Positions 56,950-64,000 of a DNA stretch of 64,000 bases are shown here, piece after piece. The stretch's first letter is position 1, and each line of letters starts with the position of its first letter. The stretch covers positions 1,344,001 through 1,408,000 of the forward strand of contig CBDCXV010000001.1 of NCBI GenBank assembly GCA_965223905.1, read 5' to 3'. The position numbers were made by a program, and so were the translations under genes. Under the pieces are notes generated by a model, which saw nothing but the letters and a program-made list of their open reading frames with translations, was not told the DNA's origin and did no database searches. This DNA comes from Candidatus Latescibacterota bacterium. Its GTDB lineage: Bacteria; Latescibacterota; UBA2968; UBA8231.

Positions 56950-57819
56950 CTACAGGAACCGCGTGATCCCGAAACCGGTGCGCCAGTTGTCGGGGGCCGC
57001 TCCGTAGGGCGCCCCCACGAGGTATTGGGACGGACTTAAGCGCGTGTTGTTGGTGGCGAACACGTAGAAGGTGTGCCCCCCCGTATCGATGGAAAGGCCC
57101 CAGGCGAGCGAGTTGTGCGAGCGTCCGCTCTCTCCCGGTGACAGGATGCCCTGGTACCCCGCCAGGGCCGGGCTGTACTCCACCCAGATTCCCCAGGTGT
57201 GGTTGATGAAGTAGTGAACGTAGGTTCCCAGGGTTACGGTGTATTGCCGGTCGACGCTGAAGATGGCGCTGTTGTAGAGGAACGAGGGCACCAGCCCCAC
57301 CCCGAGCTTGTCGTCCACCATGGTATTGAAAATCAGCTGCCCGAAGTACTGGAAGTTCTCGGCCGCGGCCGCTCCCCGGTCGACGATGGCGGGGATGTCG
57401 GTGTTCCAGGCGGTACCGGCGTTCAGGGCGAGGACCGACGGGAAGCGCATGTGGCGGAACTGCAGCCAGCGATACCGCAGCTGCAGGTCGAGATTGTCCT
57501 GCAGGCTGCTGCGCCCGAGGGTCATCATCAGCCGGTCGTGCAGGCCGTAGCTGACCGTGGTGCGGATGTTGGCCGGCCCGTCGAAGCCGAAGCCCGCCTT
57601 GTAGCCCTGGTCGATGGTCGGCAGAAAGCGGTGGGATATCTCGTAATGGAAATCCCCCCGGTAGAGCGTTTCCGCGGTCGGATAGTTGGCCGTCCTGAGG
57701 GCGCGGAACAGCTCCAGCCTGGTCTCGGGCGGCGCGCTCGCCTGCCACGACGGCTGGGCCCAGGCCAGGGCCGGCAGCAGGCCGAGGACGGCTGCAAGAC
57801 ACGAGGCGCGAATTCTCAT
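56950..57819 (-). CDS. DUF5777-family outer-membrane beta-barrel protein
   Basis: Start refined to MRIRASC with signal peptide; ISHRF, FGFDG, IDTGGHTF, terminal GFGITRFL. Confidence 0.85.
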   Translation of the reverse strand: MRIRASCLAAVLGLLPALAWAQPSWQASAPPETRLELFRALRTANYPTAETLYRGDFHYEISHRFLPTIDQGYKAGFGFDGPANIRTTVSYGLHDRLMMTLGRSSLQDNLDLQLRYRWLQFRHMRFPSVLALNAGTAWNTDIPAIVDRGAAAAENFQYFGQLIFNTMVDDKLGVGLVPSFLYNSAIFSVDRQYTVTLGTYVHYFINHTWGIWVEYSPALAGYQGILSPGESGRSHNSLAWGLSIDTGGHTFYVFATNNTRLSPSQYLVGAPYGAAPDNWRTGFGITRFL

Positions 57820-58397
57820 CGATCCTTCCTCCTGTGAGCCAGGTAGACGGAGACCTCGAGGGCGATCTCCTGGTTCACCTTGACGAAGGCGGCCAGGGAG
57901 GGGGCCTCGATCTCGTAGTCGGCCAGCTTGAAGGAGAAAGCGGCCTCGACCTTGGAGCGCCCCTCTTCCACCACCACGGTGCCGGGCACCTCGATGGCGC
58001 GGTCGACCCCGTGCAGCGACAGCGTCCCCTTCGTCTTTACTCGATATGCGGTCACCGTGGAATCGACCGCGGCGTGTTCGGCGATCTCCCCTTTGTACAC
58101 CGCCCTGGGCCACTGGTCCGTGTCGAGCACCTCGCGCATGTCGCGGTCCCGCTTGCCGATGCCGGTATCGAAGCCGGCGAGGTTCACCTCGAAATGGAAC
58201 CGGGGCTTCTGCGCGAACAGCGAGTCCCCTTCCCAGTAGAGGAAGCCGTCGATCTGATCGGTGACGCCGGAAAAGGTGAAGGCCGTCACCCTCGAGGTGA
58301 ACTTGACCTGGTTGTCCCGGGCCTTCTTGTCGACCTGCCATTCGCCGCCCCGGACCGCTAGGGGGAGGCAGATCAGGAGGGGGAGGAGCCAGCGCAT
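57816..58397 (-). CDS. YceI-family protein
   Basis: Signal peptide; FDTGIGKRDRDMR, GTLSLHGVDR. Confidence 0.9.
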   Translation of the reverse strand: MRWLLPLLICLPLAVRGGEWQVDKKARDNQVKFTSRVTAFTFSGVTDQIDGFLYWEGDSLFAQKPRFHFEVNLAGFDTGIGKRDRDMREVLDTDQWPRAVYKGEIAEHAAVDSTVTAYRVKTKGTLSLHGVDRAIEVPGTVVVEEGRSKVEAAFSFKLADYEIEAPSLAAFVKVNQEIALEVSVYLAHRRKDR

Positions 58398-58430
58398 GTT
58401 AGTCGTCCCGGATTGGTTTGCCGGCGGGGG

Positions 58431-58880
58431 TCAGTCCCTCGGGGCTCCCTTTTCTATCCACGCGTACACCGTCTCGAGCGTTGCCGGTTCCAGGTACGGC
58501 CCGCCGAGGGGCATGCGGTCCCCGGAGATCTTGGCGTCCGGCAGGAGTTTGAGATACAGGTAGCTGCTGTCCGGCCGGCCCGGGTCGACCAGGGGGATGC
58601 CCTGGCTGCTCTCGACGCCGACGATGTTGTCGTACCCCTTGCCGGCCGACAGGTCGGGCCAGGCGGTGCCCCCGTGGCAGCCGCTCGAAGCGCAGGAAAC
58701 GTCGAACAAGCTTTTCTGCAGGTGCTCAAAGGTAGCCGGCCCTTCGGAGGGGGGATCGAATACCATGTCGGTGCTCGTGGTCAGGTCGGAGCAGGCCAGG
58801 CCGGCGACCATGAGCAGGGCGAGCGGAAGGGACGCTTTCATCGCCTTCTTCACGGGGGTGACCTCAGTGTCGTGTTTCAC
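58431..58880 (-). CDS. Small cytochrome c-like lipoprotein (CX4CH motif)
   Basis: Lipobox GLAC; CASSGCH, PGRPDSSYLYLKL, RMP, WIEKGA; start could be 58841. Confidence 0.75.
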   Translation of the reverse strand: MKHDTEVTPVKKAMKASLPLALLMVAGLACSDLTTSTDMVFDPPSEGPATFEHLQKSLFDVSCASSGCHGGTAWPDLSAGKGYDNIVGVESSQGIPLVDPGRPDSSYLYLKLLPDAKISGDRMPLGGPYLEPATLETVYAWIEKGAPRD

Positions 58881-59099
58881 AGTATTGGCCCTTCGCTCGC
58901 AGTAAGTCCCCAGTACCCACCTAAGTCAGGCGCCGTGCGGGCCCGGGCACCCAGTGAACGATTTTGGCAATCTGTTCCGGGACAGGACATTTGTTTTCAA
59001 TGTACGTTCGACGGTGCCGGGCAAGCCACACGGACCGCGGTGGCCTGAGCGTTGCTCATGGCCCGACAGACAACCCGACAAGCTGAAAAGGAATCGACA

Positions 59100-60131
59100 G
59101 TGCCCCTCGAACTGATCGCCGACCGCCCCGGAAACGCCCTGCTCCGGGAGTACGAAGAGCCGCCGCTCCAACCGGGGGAGGTGCGCCTGCGCGCCCGGTT
59201 CAGCTCGGTCAAGCACGGCACCGAGCTGCGCGCTTTCCGCGCCAACACCCCCGATGCCAGCGACCGCTTCGATTCCGAGCTGCGCCTGCATCGACGCGGC
59301 GAGGGGGCGCCCCCGCGGTTCCCGATGTCCCTGGGGAACATGTGCGTCGGGACCGTCGAGGAGACCGGCCCGGATGCCGGCAGCCTCGAACCGGGGGACC
59401 GCGTCTTCGGCCACCTGCCGATCAGGGAGACCCACACGGTGCCGGCGGCGAGGCTGTACCCCGCTCCGGAAGGGATGTCGCCGCAGGCCCTGGTCTACTG
59501 GGATCCGGCCGACTTCGCCGTCGGGGCGGTGCGCGATGCCCCGGTGCGGCTCGGGGACCGCGTCGCCGTCACCGGGCTCGGGGCCATCGGCCAGATGGCG
59601 GCGCAGCTGGCTCGGGTCTGCGGGGCGCGCTGGGTGGCCGTCTCCGATCCGATCGCCATGCGCCGCAAGGGGGCCGCCCGCCACGGCGCCGACGCCGTGT
59701 ACGACCCGGCCGAAACCGACGTCGGGGTGGCGGTCAAGGAGGCCACCGGCAAGGTGGGCGCCGACGTCGTTTTCGAGACCAGCGGCTCCTACGCCGCCCT
59801 GGAGGATGCCCTGCGGGCCGTGAAGTACGCCGGCACCGTGGTCTCGACCGCCTACTACCACGGCTCGAAGGGGTTGTCCCTGGCCGGGGAGTGGCACCGC
59901 AATCGCATCGAGATCGTGTCGAGCCGCGCGGTCAGCACACCGCACCTCCATCACGGCTGGGACCTGCCGCGCGTCCGTTCCGAGTCCCTGGCGCTGCTGC
60001 GGGAGGGCCGGCTGAAGGCGGACGGACTGGTGGCGCCGGTCGTCCCCTTCGCCCGCGCCGCCGAGGCGTATCACGAGATCTGCGAGCACCCGGAGCGTTC
60101 GATCAAGCTCGGAGTCGATCACACCCTGTGA
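59100..60131 (+). CDS. MDR-family (alcohol dehydrogenase-like) oxidoreductase
   Basis: KHGTE, PGDRVF, VTGLGAIG, GADVVFETSG. Confidence 0.88.
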   Translation: MPLELIADRPGNALLREYEEPPLQPGEVRLRARFSSVKHGTELRAFRANTPDASDRFDSELRLHRRGEGAPPRFPMSLGNMCVGTVEETGPDAGSLEPGDRVFGHLPIRETHTVPAARLYPAPEGMSPQALVYWDPADFAVGAVRDAPVRLGDRVAVTGLGAIGQMAAQLARVCGARWVAVSDPIAMRRKGAARHGADAVYDPAETDVGVAVKEATGKVGADVVFETSGSYAALEDALRAVKYAGTVVSTAYYHGSKGLSLAGEWHRNRIEIVSSRAVSTPHLHHGWDLPRVRSESLALLREGRLKADGLVAPVVPFARAAEAYHEICEHPERSIKLGVDHTL

Positions 60132-61681
60132 ACGTCGAGGACCGCCTTCACCTGAGCGGCCGCAACCTCCTCGGCTGCCTGTCCCGCGACGACGGCTACC
60201 TGCCGTACTGGCAAATGGCGGTCGACGAGGAGCTGCGCGCCATGTACCAGTTCCGCCCCTGGTGCACCGGCCACAACGTCGGACGCTGGTGGAACACCAT
60301 GCTTCGGCTCGAGCGCGCCACCGGCTTCGAGATCCCCGCGGAGATGGAAGCGGCGATGCTCGAGAACAGCTGGCGCCTGGCGGACAACGCCAGCGGCATC
60401 TTCCTCGAGGACGTCGATCTCCGGGATCCCGCCACCTGGTACATCCACTCCTACCGCGAGACCATGCTGTCGTACGGACTGCTCGTCGAGTGCCGCGGCA
60501 GCGACCGCGCCGGCGAATGCGGACGGCGGGCCGTCGAGGGAATGCGTCATGCGAGCAGAGACCTGACGGAGTGGAGGTTCTCGTTCGACGGCGGCCCTGC
60601 GCTGGCCAAGCACGGCAACAGCGCCGCCCCGGCCTACACCCACGGCCGCGCCATCGAGGGGCTGCTCTGTTTCCACGCCGCCACCGGGGAGCCGGCCGCC
60701 CTCGAGGAGGCGGAGCGCCTCGCCGACTTCCACTTCCAGTACCTGCTGAACGAGGACGGCAGCCTCGCCGAGGGCTGCGGCCACCACACCCACTCGTACC
60801 TCAACACCCTTCGCGGCCTGCTGATGCTGGCCGTGCTCCAGGGGTCGCGCCAGCGCCAGGAGCTTATCTACAGGACCTACCGGGAAGCCGTATCCGGGAT
60901 GATCACCCGCTCCGGGTTCGTCACCCACGACATCGGCGACCGCTACGGCGGCGACATCGCCTCGGCCGGGGACATCGCCCACATCGCCCTGCTCCTGTGG
61001 GACCGGTTCGCCGACCCCGGCCTGCTCGACGACGCCGAGCGCATCGCCCGGGCCCGGCTGTTCCCGGCGCAGGTGCGGGAACCGGTTGCGATCCGGCCTG
61101 CGGAGGCAGGAGACCCCCGCGACTGCTACCGCGACCTCGCCGACCGTTTCGTCGGCGCCATCGGCGGTTCGGTAGGCCATGTCAGCGGCCAGACCTGCGT
61201 CACCGACTTCACCGCCGCCGCCCTGCACAGCCTGATCGAGCTCTGGACCCGGACCGTCGACGTCGAGGAGGAGATCGTCCGCGTCAACTTCTACTTCGAC
61301 CGCGAGCTGCCGCAGGTGGAGGTGAGGGCCGAGCGCCGCGAGAGCACCGGCCGGGTGACCGTTGTCAATCGCACGGGGAAGGAGCTGCGGCTGCGGCTAC
61401 CGGGCTGGGCGGAGTTGGGGAGCTGCTCGCTGACTGTCGACGGGCTGCCTGTCGAGGCAACCGTGGAGAACGGGTTCCTGGTGGTGGCGCAGGGACAAGC
61501 GGCCACGACCAGCGAGCTGGGTTTCGCGCTCCCCGAGTACGAGGAGGAAGAGCTGTCGCGGGACGAGTCCGCCGGGGAGGAGGCGGTGACGTTCCGCTGG
61601 CGCGGCGACGAGATCGCCGGCGTCAGCAGCGGCGGGCCCTACATGGCGCCGCGTCCGGCTTTGTGCAGGTCACTGCTGTAG
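60128..61681 (+). CDS. (alpha/alpha)6 glycoside hydrolase-like protein (GH127-like)
   Basis: GTGA-coupled start; HNVGRW, HTHS, LDDAERIAR, C-terminal LRLRLPGWA domain. Confidence 0.65.
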   Translation: MNVEDRLHLSGRNLLGCLSRDDGYLPYWQMAVDEELRAMYQFRPWCTGHNVGRWWNTMLRLERATGFEIPAEMEAAMLENSWRLADNASGIFLEDVDLRDPATWYIHSYRETMLSYGLLVECRGSDRAGECGRRAVEGMRHASRDLTEWRFSFDGGPALAKHGNSAAPAYTHGRAIEGLLCFHAATGEPAALEEAERLADFHFQYLLNEDGSLAEGCGHHTHSYLNTLRGLLMLAVLQGSRQRQELIYRTYREAVSGMITRSGFVTHDIGDRYGGDIASAGDIAHIALLLWDRFADPGLLDDAERIARARLFPAQVREPVAIRPAEAGDPRDCYRDLADRFVGAIGGSVGHVSGQTCVTDFTAAALHSLIELWTRTVDVEEEIVRVNFYFDRELPQVEVRAERRESTGRVTVVNRTGKELRLRLPGWAELGSCSLTVDGLPVEATVENGFLVVAQGQAATTSELGFALPEYEEEELSRDESAGEEAVTFRWRGDEIAGVSSGGPYMAPRPALCRSLL

Positions 61682-61879
61682 GGGCTTTTCCGGCTCGGGG
61701 AACCAGGTGGTCCAGAGGCCTTAAGGAGTTCTTTTGTATTCGACACTATTGGGTTGGGGATCTGGGGCTGGTACCCGGTCAGCCGCCGCCAATAACATCG
61801 GGATCTAAAGCACGTCCGTCTTGACACGTTTTTGGTCATGGGATAGATGGAACGCCCGAGGCTTTTCGTGGGCATCGAA

Positions 61880-64000
61880 ATGGAATCACAGTCATCTCTT
61901 AAATATCTCTCGCTGGATCTCGAGGTCGGAAAACAGAATCGTCGCATCAGTGCTTTCGCAGCAATCCGATCGGATACCGGAGAGCAACTGGTTTTCAGCG
62001 GCGGTAACCTTGGCACGGCACTGACAAGACTGGACGATCTCGCGCACGGTGCCGACTTCCTGCTAGGCCACAACCTGATCCTCTTCGACCTTCCGTATCT
62101 GAGAGCCGCGAAACCGGATCTCCGGCTTTTTGGGCTGCCGGGGGTGGATACGCTGTGGCTCAATCCCCTCGCCTTTCCGCGCAACCCCTATCACCATCTG
62201 GTCAAGCACTACCAAAACGGTCAGCTCAAACGAGGGCGGCGGAACGATCCCGAACTCGATGCCCGGCTGGCGCTAGACGTCTTTCGCGACCAATGTGGCG
62301 AACTGGTGTCCACTTCACCGGATCTCCTGCTCGCGTGGCACTGGTTGACAACCGCGGGCGATAACGGAGACGGCTTCGACAAGTTCTTCTCCTCGCTACG
62401 TGGGTCGCCCCGGCCCTCGGACGCGGGAGCCCGGGAGGCGATAGAGGGACGGTTGGCGGGCAGCGGCTGCCGGACCCACGCGCACGAGGTCCTCGTAGAC
62501 CCGGCCCCCGTCGGCTGGGCGCTGGCCTTCGCCCTGGCGTGGCTTTCGGTGTCCGGGAGCAACTCGGTCATGCCGCCCTGGGTCCGGCACCAGTTCCCCG
62601 AGGCGGGACGACTGATCCGCCGGCTCCGCGACACGGCTTGCAGTGATCCCGCCTGCGACTGGTGCGGGGACCGCCACGATCCGCGCAAGGAACTCAAGAA
62701 ATGGTTCGACTTCGACGGCTTTCGCCCGGAGCCGGTGGACGAGGACGGCCGCCCCATGCAGCAGGCCATCGTAGAAGCGGCGATGGCCGGGGAGCACGTC
62801 CTCGGCATCCTCCCCACCGGTACCGGAAAGTCGCTCTGCTATCAGATCCCCGCTCTTTCGCGCTACGACAAGACGGGCGCCCTTACAGTGGTGATCTCGC
62901 CCCTGGTCGCGCTCATGGCGGACCAGGTAGCGGGACTGGAAGCACAGGGCATCGGGTCGTGTGTCGCCATCAACGGCCTCCTGTCAATGCCCGAGCGCGC
63001 GGATGTGCTGGACCGGGTGCGGCTCGGAGACGCGGGCATGGTGCTCGTCTCGCCGGAGCAACTGCGCAACCGGTCCTTCCGCCGCGTGCTGAACCAGCGC
63101 GAGATCGGCGGCTGGGTCCTTGACGAAGCCCACTGCCTGTCGAGATGGGGGCACGACTTCAGGCCCGACTACCGCTACGTGGGGCGCTTCATACGCGAGA
63201 AGGCGGGATCGGGGCCGGTCCCGCCGGTCCTGTGCCTCACCGCCACCGCGAAGCCCGACGTGGTCGAGGATATCAAACGGCACTTCCGGGAAGAGCTCGG
63301 GGCAGAACTCACCGTTTTCGACGGCGGAGCACGGCGCACGAACCTCGAGTTCGTGGTGGTTCCGACCACCGGTGGCGAAAAGTTTCCTCACATCCACCAG
63401 ATCCTGATGGCGAACCTGCGGCCGGACACGTCCGAAGGTGCCATCGTTTACTGCGCCACCCGCCGGGGGACCGAAGAGGTGGCGGAGTTCCTGCAGATGA
63501 AGAAGATGGCGGCGGACTATTTCCACGCCGGGCTGCCGCCCGAGACCAAGAAGAGCGTCCAGGAGCGCTTCATCGCCGGCGAGCTCCGGGTGATCGCAGC
63601 TACCAACGCCTTCGGAATGGGCATCGACAAGCCGGACGTGCGGCTGGTTGTCCACGCCGACATCCCCGGGTCGCTTGAGAACTACCTGCAGGAAGCGGGG
63701 CGCGCTGGGCGGGACCGGAAGATGGCGCGATGTGTGCTGCTGTACTCGACGGACGACGTCGAGCACCAGTTCGGGATGTCGGCCCGATCGCGCCTCAACC
63801 GTCGCGAAATTCACGGCATCCTGCGAGCGCTCCGGAACCTCGACCGGAAGAAGCGTCTGGGGGGCGAGGTTGTGGCGACGGCGGGCGAGATCCTCCTGGA
63901 GGACGACGAGAAGGTATTCGAGCGGGACTCGGCCACCGACGATACCCGGGTGCGGACCGCCATCGCCTGGTTGGAGGAAGCGGTGCTGCTCACCCGTGAG
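61880..64000 (+). CDS. RecQ-family helicase with N-terminal DEDD exonuclease-like domain (runs off the window end)
   Basis: Manual translation: LSLDLEVG, GHNLILFDLPYL, DTLWL, then PTGTGKSLCYQ, DEAHCLSRWGHDFRPDY, ATNAFGMGIDKPDVR, YLQEAGRAGRD. Confidence 0.9.
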   Translation, partial: MESQSSLKYLSLDLEVGKQNRRISAFAAIRSDTGEQLVFSGGNLGTALTRLDDLAHGADFLLGHNLILFDLPYLRAAKPDLRLFGLPGVDTLWLNPLAFPRNPYHHLVKHYQNGQLKRGRRNDPELDARLALDVFRDQCGELVSTSPDLLLAWHWLTTAGDNGDGFDKFFSSLRGSPRPSDAGAREAIEGRLAGSGCRTHAHEVLVDPAPVGWALAFALAWLSVSGSNSVMPPWVRHQFPEAGRLIRRLRDTACSDPACDWCGDRHDPRKELKKWFDFDGFRPEPVDEDGRPMQQAIVEAAMAGEHVLGILPTGTGKSLCYQIPALSRYDKTGALTVVISPLVALMADQVAGLEAQGIGSCVAINGLLSMPERADVLDRVRLGDAGMVLVSPEQLRNRSFRRVLNQREIGGWVLDEAHCLSRWGHDFRPDYRYVGRFIREKAGSGPVPPVLCLTATAKPDVVEDIKRHFREELGAELTVFDGGARRTNLEFVVVPTTGGEKFPHIHQILMANLRPDTSEGAIVYCATRRGTEEVAEFLQMKKMAADYFHAGLPPETKKSVQERFIAGELRVIAATNAFGMGIDKPDVRLVVHADIPGSLENYLQEAGRAGRDRKMARCVLLYSTDDVEHQFGMSARSRLNRREIHGILRALRNLDRKKRLGGEVVATAGEILLEDDEKVFERDSATDDTRVRTAIAWLEEAVLLTRE

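Noticed and set aside
56950-58341. 463 aa version of the DUF5777 gene, and likewise the 779 aa version at 59342..61681
   Set aside because: The N-terminal extensions are off-frame reads of the upstream genes; coupled starts at 57819 and 60128 fit better.

Overview
GC-rich bacterial chromosomal window with no rRNA, CRISPR array or intact integrase. The gene content suggests Candidatus Latescibacterota or a related candidate phylum (inference): paralogous FlgD-CTD secreted proteins, a C-terminal SWGRIK-type tail, DUF6785, CRTAC1, and PhyH/Gfo-Idh expansions. Left to right: (1) 5' part of murA, a monothiol glutaredoxin, a GAF-like protein and tRNA-Phe; (2) a 16 kb co-oriented minus-strand envelope cluster with two paralogous ~950 aa acidic, probable outer-membrane proteins, three paralogous FlgD-CTD proteins, a DUF6785 membrane protein and an SWGRIK-tail protein; (3) carbohydrate/redox and envelope genes (Gfo/Idh/MocA, GH66-like, PPIase, TPR, beta-helix, cupin, CRTAC1, PhyH, AKR, amidohydrolase) plus an IS200 remnant; (4) a partly decayed defence region with AbiEii and BrnT remnants, a DUF151 fusion, a truncated RNase R-like gene, and a translationally coupled operon of type IIG-like methyltransferase (frameshifted), HTH-ImmA, DUF4411 PIN and PLD-SNF2 helicase, followed by SWIM and NucS-like genes; (5) a cytochrome c-like/YceI/DUF5777 operon, an MDR dehydrogenase, a GH127-like gene and the start of a DEDD exonuclease-RecQ fusion. 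Best leads: the MTase/TA/PLD-SNF2 operon, the envelope cluster, and a structured intergenic segment (17171-17406) carrying two pieces copied from a neighbouring FlgD gene. Family assignments come from motif recognition by eye, not database searches.
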